Below, piece after piece: positions 35,979 through 44,601 of a DNA stretch of 64,000 nucleotides; positions within the stretch are counted from its first letter, which is position 1, and each line of letters starts with the position of its first letter. The position numbers were made by a program, and so were the translations under genes. The stretch comes from an uncultured Oscillospiraceae bacterium (GTDB lineage Bacteria; Bacillota; Clostridia; Oscillospirales; Oscillospiraceae): contig CAJUOA010000003.1 in the NCBI GenBank assembly GCA_910587785.1, positions 32,044 to 96,043 on the forward strand. Direction: 5' to 3'. The notes under the pieces are model-generated. The model saw nothing but the letters and a program-made list of their open reading frames with translations. It had not been told where the DNA came from and ran no database searches.

Positions 35979-35987
35979 TCCTGTTTT

Positions 35988-36500
35988 TTATGACAGCTCC
36001 ATCTCGAATTTGTACTCCGTCAGCACCCGGTCAGAGCCCTTCTTCTGGTAGGGCCGCTCCGACGCCACGTGGCACCCCAGCTTCTTGGCCACGGCGATGG
36101 AGGCGTCGTTGCCCTTGAAGATGAGGATGGTGAGCTTCTTCCCGCCGTGGGCCCTGGCGTAGTCCCGCATCCCGCAGGCCATCTCTGTGGCGTAGCCCTT
36201 GCGCCACTGGGGCTTGTCCACGCAGTAGGCGATGTCATAGACCCCGTCCTCGGGGATAAAGCTGCACGTGCCGACGCGCTCCCCGGTGGCCTTGTCCTCG
36301 GCGATGAGGTAACAGCAGTCCGGGTGCTCCCCCAGGACCTCGATCTCCTTCAGGTACGCCGGGTCGATGGCCTCCATGGGTTCGTCGATGAGGTACTCCC
36401 CGGTGTCCGGGCTGTTCCAGATGCCGATGGCGAACATGGCGTCCGCCGGGGTGAAGCCCCGCAGGCGGAGCCGTTCGGTCTCGATGGGTTCGATCTTCAT
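35988..36500 (-). CDS. GNAT family N-acetyltransferase
   Basis: ETERLRLRGF N-terminus and PQWRKGYATE loop. Start ATG at 36500 after ggagga. Confidence 0.8.
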   Translation of the reverse strand: MKIEPIETERLRLRGFTPADAMFAIGIWNSPDTGEYLIDEPMEAIDPAYLKEIEVLGEHPDCCYLIAEDKATGERVGTCSFIPEDGVYDIAYCVDKPQWRKGYATEMACGMRDYARAHGGKKLTILIFKGNDASIAVAKKLGCHVASERPYQKKGSDRVLTEYKFEMELS

Positions 36501-36528
36501 ATCAATTTCCTCCTTATTCCACGGCCTA

Positions 36529-36999
36529 TCAGCCATGGGAGCACTTGTCCGCGTCGATGGCCAATGCCACCATGAGGGTACACAGGGCGTTGGCCGGGTC
36601 CGGCACGTCGATGACGTAGGTATCGGTCCAGTTGAAGAGCTCCTTGCTGATGGAGGCCACCAGGCCCTGGGAGGGACTGACAACGGTGTAGTCCCACTCG
36701 GTCCAGTTCCCCTCGATCTCCCAGTCGCTGCAATCAAAGGTGTAGCGGGGGGTGAAGAGGGTGAACTCCCTTTGCAGGCACCCTAAGTACTCGCCGTAGG
36801 CGTAGAGCTCGAATTTCGGCAGGAAGGTCATCACCTTCTCCTGGACCGTGCCGATGTGCTCCCCCCGGGCGTCCAGGATATGGAGGCAGTGGCCCCAGCT
36901 GAGTTTGCCCTCCACAGTGAAGAGAGTACTGCCGTCCTCGGCATAGATATCGTAACTGTCGAACCAGGAGAATAAGCGCTGTTTGAAGAGCATTTTCAT
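36529..36999 (-). CDS. LURP-one-related (DUF567, tubby C-terminal-like) protein
   Basis: LFSWFDSYDIY.EDG..LF.VEGK.....L.I.D..G..IG.V.EKV..FLP.FELY..GE and ..EFTLF.P.Y..DC.DWEIEG. match bacterial DUF567 proteins. Confidence 0.7.
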   Translation of the reverse strand: MKMLFKQRLFSWFDSYDIYAEDGSTLFTVEGKLSWGHCLHILDARGEHIGTVQEKVMTFLPKFELYAYGEYLGCLQREFTLFTPRYTFDCSDWEIEGNWTEWDYTVVSPSQGLVASISKELFNWTDTYVIDVPDPANALCTLMVALAIDADKCSHG

Positions 37000-37146
37000 A
37001 GTCAAGCACCTCGTTCTTTCGCAAGTGTCCTCTATCATACCACATTTTTTTGCTCTTGCACAGATTTTTTTCTCGAAATTTCCCGAAGACTATGGTATGA
37101 TAGGGTGGGCTTCGGCCCAGAAGACTTGGAAAGGAAGAAGAACGCT

Positions 37147-37749
37147 ATGAATTTTAAGTATGTGAGGGCGCTCCTCCCGTGCCTTCTGCTCGCCCTGGTA
37201 CTGCTTGCAGGGTGTACCGGAAAGGCGGACAGCGCCCCGCCGCCGGAGGCAGAACCGGAGGCTCCGGCGGAGCAGGGGGACGCCGCCGCCCTGGGGAAGC
37301 TCGCCTCCTTCACGGCGGACACCCTGGACGGCGGGACCTTCACCCAGGATGACATCGCGGCCAAGGACGCCACGGTCATCAATTTCTGGGCCCTCTCCTG
37401 TCCGCCCTGCATCGCGGAGCTGCCGGACCTTGCGGCGTACGCCAAGACCCTGCCGGAGAACGTGCAGTTCATCACCGTCTGCCTGGACGCCGGGATCGAC
37501 ATGGAGCACGCCCAGGAGCTCTTAACGGAGGCCGGGTTTGAGGGCGTGACCCTGGTCAGCGGGGACGGGGATCTTGCGGAGCTCTGCGGGAACCTGATGT
37601 ACACCCCCACCACCCTCTTTGCAGACAGTCAGGGGAACCTGGTGGGGGACGCCCTCATCGGCGTACAGAAGGACCTGAGCGGGACCTACACGGCGGCGGT
37701 GAACCGGGTACTGGCGGCAAGCGGAAAGGATGAGATCAGCGTTGGGTGA
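37147..37749 (+). CDS. thioredoxin-fold thiol-disulfide oxidoreductase lipoprotein (TlpA/ResA-like)
   Basis: Lipobox LLAGC and redox motif FWALSCPPC. Confidence 0.8.
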   Translation: MNFKYVRALLPCLLLALVLLAGCTGKADSAPPPEAEPEAPAEQGDAAALGKLASFTADTLDGGTFTQDDIAAKDATVINFWALSCPPCIAELPDLAAYAKTLPENVQFITVCLDAGIDMEHAQELLTEAGFEGVTLVSGDGDLAELCGNLMYTPTTLFADSQGNLVGDALIGVQKDLSGTYTAAVNRVLAASGKDEISVG

Positions 37750-37765
37750 GAGATGGACCCTGCCA

Positions 37766-37888
37766 GTGCGCTTTTGCGTACTGGCGGCGGCGCTGGGGCT
37801 CACCGCCCTGGGCGCGGCGAGGGGAGAGGCGGCGGAAGTGATGCAAAAGGCGGTGCGGATATGTCTCGAGTGCATCGGCATCGGCTGA
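37766..37888 (+). CDS. CXXC micro-protein (resembles the CD1871A family); start may be the TTG at 37742
   Basis: 40-48 aa: (MGERWTLP)VRFCVLAAALGLTALGAARGEAAEVMQKAVRICLECIGIG, an N-terminal TM helix plus the C-terminal motif ICLECIGIG. High GC3. Not in the ORF track. Confidence 0.55.
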   Translation: MRFCVLAAALGLTALGAARGEAAEVMQKAVRICLECIGIG

Positions 37889-38754
37889 GGCGGCAGAGGG
37901 CGTTCCAGTTTGCCGCCGCCGCCCTCTTCAACGGCTACGCCCTGGGGTTCCGGAAGGGCCGGATCTTCACCGGGCCCACGAAGGCCCTCTGCGTCCCGGT
38001 GCTCAACTGCTACTCCTGCCCCGGAGCCCTGGGCGCCTGCCCCATCGGCGCCCTCCAGACCGTCCTGGGCACCCGCCACCGCGTCCCGTTCTATGTCCTG
38101 GGCCTGCTGATGCTCTTCGGGGTCGTGCTGGGACGGGCGGTGTGCGGCCTTCTGTGCCCCTTCGGACTGGTCCAGGACCTGCTCTACAAGCTCCCGGTCC
38201 CGAAATGGACCGTCCCCCGGCGGCTGGACAGGCCCGCGCGGTATGGGAAGTATGCCGTTTTGGTACTGCTGGTGATTGCGCTCCCGGCCCTGGGGCAGGG
38301 CGTGGTGCCGCCCCTCTTCTGCAAGTACCTCTGTCCCGCCGGGACCCTGGAGGGCGGCATCCCCCTCCTGCTCCTGGACAAATCCCTGCGCAAGGCGGCG
38401 GGGGCGCTCTTCCAGTGGAAGGTGCTGGTGCTGGTGGTGATCCTGGCCCTGGCGGCGGCGGTCCAGCGGCCCTTCTGTAAATACCTCTGCCCCCTGGGGG
38501 CCTTCTACGCCCTCTTCAACCGCTTCAGCTTCTACCAGATGGGCCTGGACCAGGACAAGTGTGTCCGCTGCGGGCAGTGTGAGCGGGCCTGCCCCATGGG
38601 CGTGGAGGTCACAAAGAACATCAACAGCCCCGAGTGCATCCGGTGCGGCCGGTGCCGGGAGGTCTGCCCTGCGGGTGCGGTCTCCGGCGGCTTCTGCCCC
38701 GGCAAGGCGGTAAAACATGAACACACGAGGAGGACCAGCGATGGTGACCTATGA
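37861..38754 (+). CDS. membrane-bound 4Fe-4S polyferredoxin (NapH/MauN/YccM-like)
   Basis: NCYSCPGALGACP, CPFGLVQD, CKYLCPAG and CKYLCPLG motifs, plus two ferredoxin motifs CVRCGQCERACP and CIRCGRCREVCP. The start is uncertain. Confidence 0.78.
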   Translation: MSRVHRHRLRRQRAFQFAAAALFNGYALGFRKGRIFTGPTKALCVPVLNCYSCPGALGACPIGALQTVLGTRHRVPFYVLGLLMLFGVVLGRAVCGLLCPFGLVQDLLYKLPVPKWTVPRRLDRPARYGKYAVLVLLVIALPALGQGVVPPLFCKYLCPAGTLEGGIPLLLLDKSLRKAAGALFQWKVLVLVVILALAAAVQRPFCKYLCPLGAFYALFNRFSFYQMGLDQDKCVRCGQCERACPMGVEVTKNINSPECIRCGRCREVCPAGAVSGGFCPGKAVKHEHTRRTSDGDL

Positions 38755-39400
38755 GGACCTTCGCAAAAACGCGGAGATCAACACCTACATCACCCGGGCG
38801 GACGAGTCCCTCTCCGCCCTGGGCTTCACGGAGCACAGCTTCCCCCATGTCTGCCGGGTGGCGGAGATGGCGGGGGAGACCCTGGGCATTCTGGGATACG
38901 GCGCCCACGAGATCGAGCTTGCGAAAATCGCCGCCTATCTCCACGATATCGGCAACCTGGTCAACCGGGTGGACCACTCCCAGAGCGGGGCGGTGATGGC
39001 CTTCCGCCTCCTGGACCACATGGACATGGACGCCGCCGACATCGCCACCGTAGTCACCGCCATCGGCAACCACGACGAGGGCACCGGCGTACCCGTGAAC
39101 GCGGTGGCGGCGGCGCTGATCCTCGCGGACAAGTCCGACGTGCGCCGCAGCCGGGTCCGCAACCGGGACGCCGCCGCCTTTGACATCCACGACCGGGTGA
39201 ACTACTCCGTGGAGCGCTCCGCCCTACGGGTGGACCCGGCGGAGAAGACCGCCCGCCTGGAGCTGACGGTAGACACCGATTTCGGCTCTGTGATGGACTA
39301 CTTTGAGATTTTCATGAAGCGGATGGTTCTCTGCCGCCGGGCGGCGGAGCGGCTGGGACTGCGCTTCCAGCTGACGATCAACGGACAGCAGCTGATCTGA
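38741..39400 (+). CDS. HD domain phosphohydrolase
   Basis: H...HD motif (AAYLHDIGN) and a later GNHDE. RBS gaggagga lies 6 nt upstream. Confidence 0.78.
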   Translation: MVTYEDLRKNAEINTYITRADESLSALGFTEHSFPHVCRVAEMAGETLGILGYGAHEIELAKIAAYLHDIGNLVNRVDHSQSGAVMAFRLLDHMDMDAADIATVVTAIGNHDEGTGVPVNAVAAALILADKSDVRRSRVRNRDAAAFDIHDRVNYSVERSALRVDPAEKTARLELTVDTDFGSVMDYFEIFMKRMVLCRRAAERLGLRFQLTINGQQLI

Positions 39401-39441
39401 AAAACGCGGGACCCCTCCGAACAGAGGGTCCCGCGTTTTTT
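39401..39441. terminator. bidirectional rho-independent terminator
   Basis: aaaaacgcgggaccc...gggtcccgcgtttttt. Confidence 0.8.
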
Positions 39442-39465
39442 GCGCAGAAGAACAGAGAAAACGCC

Positions 39466-40404
39466 TCACATCTGCACGACTTCCTCGTCGGGCTTCCCGC
39501 AGGGGGTGATGGAGGTGACGTGGAGGACGGGGCCTTCGCCCTCGTAGGGGTCCCAGTGCTCCACGGCCACCTGGGCGGTGACCTCCACCCAGGCCCGTTC
39601 GGGAATCCTGCTCACATCGTACCCGATGCAGGCCAAGGCGAGGAAGGTCATATCCTCGGCGCAGCAGACCATGGCGAAGCGCCCGGGGGTGAAGTAGTTC
39701 CCGTACTGGGGCGGCTTGCACATGATGGCCCGGTAGACCACGGTCTTCCCGGCGTACATCTCCGGATTGTCCATAATTTCAACGTACCAGAGGCCGTAGT
39801 CCTCGTTGGAGATGCGGATGACCGGCTGCTCCAGGTCGAAGGCGGAGACGGTGCCGTCCATATAGTTCTCGCCGGTGCCGTCCTCCCGCTCCAGGAAGAT
39901 ATCCGCCCGGCGGTTGAGCAGGCGCAGGTTTTTCTGCCGCAGGGAGGTACACAGCTCATCGCTGCAGCGGTTGATGAGGATCATATCCGCGTTTCTCAGC
40001 TTCTCCGACATAAGGGAGGCCATGTTCCTGGTATACATCTCGAAGCTGGGGCCGCCGACGGTGGCGATGATCTGGTAGAGGACCCAGCTCTCCGGCATGG
40101 AATTGACGTAAAAATCCTGTATCTGCCACATGCCGTTGTACTCCACAATGACCTGCTTGGCCTGGCACTTCTTCTGCTGGGCAAGGAGGTATTCCGGGGT
40201 CAGTTCCTCCAGGTTCTCCACCGGGAGGACGGTGACATTGCGCAGGAGCTCGGGGTCATATTCCTCCTCGCCCTCCTCGCACTGAAGGAGGAGGGTCCGG
40301 TCCTCCAGCGCGAAGCCGTCGGAGAGGATGCCGTTGATGAAGGAGGTCTTGCCGCTGTCCAGGAAACCGGCGATGAGGTAGACCGGGGTCTCGGTGTTCG
40401 GCAT
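39466..40404 (-). CDS. divergent G3E-type P-loop GTPase fused to a DUF1980-like C-terminal domain
   Basis: P-loop GFLDSGKTSF, but the CobW GCICC metal motif is absent. The C-terminal ~110 aa carry GRFAMVCCAEDM, as in TIGR03943/DUF1980 proteins. Confidence 0.6.
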   Translation of the reverse strand: MPNTETPVYLIAGFLDSGKTSFINGILSDGFALEDRTLLLQCEEGEEEYDPELLRNVTVLPVENLEELTPEYLLAQQKKCQAKQVIVEYNGMWQIQDFYVNSMPESWVLYQIIATVGGPSFEMYTRNMASLMSEKLRNADMILINRCSDELCTSLRQKNLRLLNRRADIFLEREDGTGENYMDGTVSAFDLEQPVIRISNEDYGLWYVEIMDNPEMYAGKTVVYRAIMCKPPQYGNYFTPGRFAMVCCAEDMTFLALACIGYDVSRIPERAWVEVTAQVAVEHWDPYEGEGPVLHVTSITPCGKPDEEVVQM

Positions 40405-40407
40405 GGC

Positions 40408-41556
40408 TTACACCTCGAAGAGGGCCTTCAGCCCGGCCTCGTCCAGCTTGGAGCCGATGACGCAGAGCCTGCCGGTGTAGTCGGCGGGGCCGGTGCGGAC
40501 GGCGTGCTCCTCGGGCACGTAGTCGAAGTGGAGCCAAGCGCCCTCCGCCGCGGGGACGATGCCCTTGGCCCGGAGTACCGCGCCGTACTGCCCGCCGTCC
40601 AGGGCGGCGAGGATGCGCTCCAGCTGCTCCGCGGAGAAGGTATGGGTGGTCTCCACGCCCCAGCTGGTGAACACCTCGCCGGCGTCGTGGCCGTGGTGGT
40701 GATGGTGATGGTGGTCGTGGTGGTCATGGCCGCAGGAGCATTCGTGGTCATGGTCGTGGTGCTCATGCGTGTGACAGCACTCGTGGTCATGATCGTGGTG
40801 GTCATGGCCGCAGGAGCATTCGTGGTCATGGCCATGGTGCTCATGCGCGTGACAGCACTCGTGCTCATGGTCATGGTCGTGATGGTGGTGTCCGCCGCAG
40901 ACAGGGCAGGGCGCGTCCTCCGCCTCTTCCGCCGCCAGGAGCTCCTCCGCCAGAGTACTGCCCCGCTCCATGACCTCCAGCAGCTGCGCGCCGGTGAGCT
41001 GGTCCCAGGGGGTGGTGACGATGGGGGCGCTCTCGTTCTTCTCCCGCAGGAGGGCCGCGGCGGCCTCCAGCTTCTCCAGGCTGAGCTTCTGGGTGCGGCT
41101 GAGGAGGACGGCCCCGGCGTACTGGACCTGGTTCTCATAGAACTCGCCGAAGTTCTTCAGGTAGACCTTGCACTTGGCGGCGTCGGCCACGGTGACCGCA
41201 CAGCCCAGCTCCATGCCCTCCACCCGGGCAGCCACGTCCTGGACGGCCCGGATCACGTCGGAGAGCTTGCCCACGCCGGAGGGCTCGATGAGGATGCGGT
41301 CCGGATGGAACTGCTCCATGACCTTGCCCAGGGCCTCGCCGAAGTCCCCCACCAGGGAACAGCAGATGCACCCGGAGTTCATCTCCGAGATCTCGATGCC
41401 CGCCTCCTTGAGAAAGCCGCCGTCGATGCCGATCTCGCCGAACTCGTTCTCGATGAGGACGATCTTCTCGCCTTTCAGGGCTTCGTCCAGCAGCTTCTTG
41501 ATGAGCGTCGTCTTGCCCGCGCCCAGGAAACCGGAGATCACGTTTACCTTTGTCAT
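40408..41556 (-). CDS. CobW/COG0523 family metallochaperone GTPase with a His/Cys-rich insert
   Basis: GFLGAGKTTL P-loop, ENEFGE, SGCICCS and EPSGV. It has an ~80-aa tract (HHHHDHDHEHECCHAHEHH...HHHHHHHGHD) before the CobW_C domain. Confidence 0.88.
   Translation of the reverse strand: MTKVNVISGFLGAGKTTLIKKLLDEALKGEKIVLIENEFGEIGIDGGFLKEAGIEISEMNSGCICCSLVGDFGEALGKVMEQFHPDRILIEPSGVGKLSDVIRAVQDVAARVEGMELGCAVTVADAAKCKVYLKNFGEFYENQVQYAGAVLLSRTQKLSLEKLEAAAALLREKNESAPIVTTPWDQLTGAQLLEVMERGSTLAEELLAAEEAEDAPCPVCGGHHHHDHDHEHECCHAHEHHGHDHECSCGHDHHDHDHECCHTHEHHDHDHECSCGHDHHDHHHHHHHGHDAGEVFTSWGVETTHTFSAEQLERILAALDGGQYGAVLRAKGIVPAAEGAWLHFDYVPEEHAVRTGPADYTGRLCVIGSKLDEAGLKALFEV
40718..40875. repeat. tandem 78-bp (26-codon) duplication inside the His/Cys-rich tract
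   Basis: HECCHAHEHHGHDHECSCGHDHHDHD is followed by HECCHTHEHHDHDHECSCGHDHHDHH. The DNA units are near-identical. Confidence 0.85.
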
Positions 41557-41629
41557 TGTGGAAATACGCCTCTTTCTTACATAATATGCTTTGATACAGG
41601 CCGGGGAGCAACGTCCCCGGCCTGCCGCT

Positions 41630-41779
41630 TTACTCTTGCGCCTTTGCGTCGGCGATGGTGTCCAGCAGGCGGCAAAGCTCCTCAACGGTGTAGGATTCCT
41701 TGCCGCTATTCTTGATGAGACGCCGCAACTCGTAGAGCAGGGCCTGCTGTGTGTCCTTACGCTCTTTCTCTGTTCCCAC
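41630..41779 (-). CDS. 49-aa helical protein of unknown function upstream of the GTPase pair
   Basis: GTG start 8 nt after gaggagg. MGTEKERKDTQQALLYELRRLIKNSGKESYTVEELCRLLDTIADAKAQE. An extended -10 (tgtTATACT) lies upstream. Confidence 0.35.
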   Translation of the reverse strand: MGTEKERKDTQQALLYELRRLIKNSGKESYTVEELCRLLDTIADAKAQE

Positions 41780-41854
41780 TTTGCTCACCTCCTCTTGGAC
41801 TAGTATAACACATTTTTTACCAAAGAACAAGCAGAAATTTGGCCGTTTACACGT

Positions 41855-43369
41855 TTACACGTTCTGCGCCGAGGTCCCATGTGTCTTGAGCACCACGTCG
41901 TGATACCCGCCCTCCACGATGGAGGTGGAGGAGACCAGCGTCAGCCGGGCGTTCTGCTGGAGGTCGGGGATGGTAATGACGCCGCAGTTGCACATGGTGG
42001 ACTTCACCTTGTAGAGGCTCTTGGCGACGTTCTCCTTCAGCGGTCCGGCGTAGGTGACGTAAGAATCCACGCCCTCCTCAAAGGCGAGCCCTCTTCCACC
42101 GCCGAGATCGTACCTCTGCCAGTTCCGGGCCCGGTTGGAGCCCTCGCCCCAGTACTCCTTCATGTACTGCCCGTTGACCAGCACCCGGTTGGTGGGGCTC
42201 TCGTCGAAGCGGGCGAAGTAGCGGCCCAGCATCAGGAAATCCGCGCCCATAGCCAGGGCGAGGGTCATGTGGTAGTCGTGGACGATGCCGCCGTCGGAAC
42301 AGATGGGAACATAGATGCCGGTCTCTTGGAAGTACTCGTCCCGGGCGGCGGCGACCTCGATCAGAGCGGTGGCCTGCCCGCGCCCGATGCCCTTGGTCTC
42401 CCGGGTGATGCAGATGGAGCCGCCGCCAATGCCGACCTTGACGAAGTCCGCCCCGGCCTTGGCCAGGAAGAGGAACCCGTCCCGGTCCACCACGTTGCCC
42501 GCGCCTACCTTGACGCTGTCGCCATACTTCTCCCGGATGAAGGAGAGGGTGCGCTCCTGCCAGCAGGAGTAGCCCTCGGAGGAGTCAATGCACAGCACGT
42601 CCGCTCCGGCCTCGATGAGGGCGGGGACCCGGGTCTCGTAGTCCTTGGTGTTGATGCCCGCGCCCACCATGTAGCGCTTTTGGCCGTCCAGCATCTCGCC
42701 CGGGTTCTCCTTGTGCTGTTCGTAGTCCTTGCGGAAGACGAAGTAGAGGAGCCTGCCGTCGGCGCTGACGATGGGAAGGGAGTTGAGCTTGTGGTCCCAG
42801 ATGATGTCGTTGGCCGTTTTGAGGCTGGTGCCCTCGGGGGCGGTGATGAGCTTTTCCCGGGGGGTCATGAACTCCTGCACACAGGTGGCGGGGTCCATGC
42901 GGCTGACCCGGTAGTCCCGGCTGGTGACGATGCCCAGGAGCTTGCCCTGGTTGGTGCCGCCGGCTGTGATGGCCACGGTGGAGTGGCCGTTGCGGGCCTT
43001 CAGGTCCAGCACATCCTGAAGTGTAGCCTCGGGGGGGAGGTTGGAGTCGCTGGGCACAAATCCCGCCTTGTAGCCCTTTACCCGGGCGACCATAGCGGCC
43101 TCGCTCTCCACGGACTGGGAGCCGTAGATGAAGCTGAGCCCGCCCTCCCGGGCGAGGGCCACGGCGAGGGTGTCGTTGGACACCGACTGCATGATGGCCG
43201 AGACCATGGGGATGCTCAGGGAGATGGGGCACTCCTCCTGACCCTTGCGGAACTTGACCAGGGGGGTGCGCAGAGAGACGTTGGCGGGGACGCACTCCGG
43301 GGAGGTGTAGCCGGGTACCAGCAGGTATTCGCTGAAGGTATGGGAGGGCTCACTGTAGTAAAACGCCAT
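41855..43369 (-). CDS. guaB: IMP dehydrogenase
   Basis: 504 aa. Catalytic loop [16 protein letters not shown]...ALA.GADF.M.G and a CBS pair in the N-terminal third. Confidence 0.88.
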   Translation of the reverse strand: MAFYYSEPSHTFSEYLLVPGYTSPECVPANVSLRTPLVKFRKGQEECPISLSIPMVSAIMQSVSNDTLAVALAREGGLSFIYGSQSVESEAAMVARVKGYKAGFVPSDSNLPPEATLQDVLDLKARNGHSTVAITAGGTNQGKLLGIVTSRDYRVSRMDPATCVQEFMTPREKLITAPEGTSLKTANDIIWDHKLNSLPIVSADGRLLYFVFRKDYEQHKENPGEMLDGQKRYMVGAGINTKDYETRVPALIEAGADVLCIDSSEGYSCWQERTLSFIREKYGDSVKVGAGNVVDRDGFLFLAKAGADFVKVGIGGGSICITRETKGIGRGQATALIEVAAARDEYFQETGIYVPICSDGGIVHDYHMTLALAMGADFLMLGRYFARFDESPTNRVLVNGQYMKEYWGEGSNRARNWQRYDLGGGRGLAFEEGVDSYVTYAGPLKENVAKSLYKVKSTMCNCGVITIPDLQQNARLTLVSSTSIVEGGYHDVVLKTHGTSAQNV

Positions 43370-43521
43370 GTCGCAGTACGCTCCTTTATCATAGAGTATG
43401 GAATTGTGGTTAGTTCTCTATACTAGCACGGGGGGATTCACTTTGTCAAGGCGCTTGCTGATAGAAGAAACACGTTTTTCACCGGCGGGGACCATCCAAT
43501 ATGCACAATCCGCCCGGGGCC

Positions 43522-43929
43522 TCAGGCTTTTTCCCTCCCCGCTCTCCCCGCCGCGGGCACCAGGAGCAAGGCGGGCAGTAACAGCAGGGCCGTGCAGGCG
43601 AGCCCCCAGGAGACCGAGCCCTGTTGTGCTGCGATCCCCACGATGGGGCCCCCGATGATCTGACCGAGGGCGTCCAGCTGTCCGCTGGTGGAGAATACGG
43701 TGGCCCGCATCCGCTCCTCCACATGGGCATTCATCCAGGCCGTCAGAACTGGCTCCCGCAGACTGCGCATAAGGCCCGTCAGCAGGAACACCCCCACCAG
43801 AACGAGCTGGAGGGCGTTGAGTCCGACCACCTCGGAGTAGTAGACCAGCGAGAGCACGGTGGCCATGGAAAAGAGCAGGGAAAAGCAGGTCTTATAGAGT
43901 AAGTAGACAGGGTAGGCTTTCAAACGCAT
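43522..43929 (-). pseudogene. C-terminal fragment (about 4 TM) of an MFS-type transporter
   Basis: 135-aa ORF made only of TM helices with an MFS-like loop (REPVLTAWMNAHVEERMRATVFS). No N-terminal half is present, and the upstream part of the 234-aa ORF is Arg/Pro-rich junk. Confidence 0.4.
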
Positions 43930-44000
43930 GAAACTATTTTCCTTTAGAGATACAGATAATAACAGGGGAGGGGCCCGGCCGGACCTCTCCCCCGCAGGGA

Positions 44001-44540
44001 TCAAAACTCGGAGCAGCCGTTCTTGTCCGGCTCCGGGTACGTCTCGCCCAGGGTGTCCACCCGGATGGAGCGGATGGTCTGGGGCTTTTTGGGCTTGTCG
44101 TTGCTCATGTCCCGGGGGACGCGGGAGACCTCTACCGCAGCCTCCACGTTCTCGGTGATAAGGCCGAAGGCGGCGTACTTGCCGTCCAGATGGGGGGCGG
44201 CGTCCACCATGATGAAGAACTGGCACCCGGCGCTGTTGGGGTCCATGGCCCGGGCCATGGAGAGGACGCCCAGGGTGTGCTTGATGTCGTTGGCCTCGAA
44301 GCCGTTGGAGGAAAACTCGCCCTGGATGCCGTAGCCGGGGCCGCCGGAACCGTTGCCTTTGGGACAGCCGCCCTGGATCATGAAGCCGGGGATGACCCGG
44401 TGGAAGATGAGGCCGTCATAGAAGCCGCTGTTGGCGAGGGAGATGAAGTTGTTGACGGTGTTGGGGGCCTTCTCCGGGTACAGCTCCCCGGTCATGACCT
44501 GGCCGTTCTCCAGTTCGATGGTGACGATGGGATGGCTCAT
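44001..44540 (-). CDS. ppiB: peptidylprolyl isomerase, cyclophilin type
   Basis: FHRVIPGFMIQGG and MARA..PNS.G.QFFI motifs. Confidence 0.92.
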   Translation of the reverse strand: MSHPIVTIELENGQVMTGELYPEKAPNTVNNFISLANSGFYDGLIFHRVIPGFMIQGGCPKGNGSGGPGYGIQGEFSSNGFEANDIKHTLGVLSMARAMDPNSAGCQFFIMVDAAPHLDGKYAAFGLITENVEAAVEVSRVPRDMSNDKPKKPQTIRSIRVDTLGETYPEPDKNGCSEF

Positions 44541-44601
44541 AGTTGATTTCTCCTTTTCAGCAATTGAGTTTCTATCAATTTTTGGGATTTAGAATATGAT
44601 C

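Noticed and set aside
41557-41629. Zur box in front of the CobW gene
   Set aside because: Only a 4-1-4 palindrome (CATATTATG) is present. That is far from the 7-1-7 Zur/Fur consensus.
39520-41715. 731-aa plus-strand ORF; the same reasoning applies to 34078-36051 (+), 54091-55890 (-), 58334-60151 (-), 31586-33319 (-) and 48832-50568 (-)
   Set aside because: All are shadow ORFs opposite genes with recognisable family motifs. None has a motif or RBS of its own.
41838-41856. acgtgtaa-acgtgtaa direct duplication
   Set aside because: It is simply the last codons and stop of guaB duplicated once. No function can be inferred.
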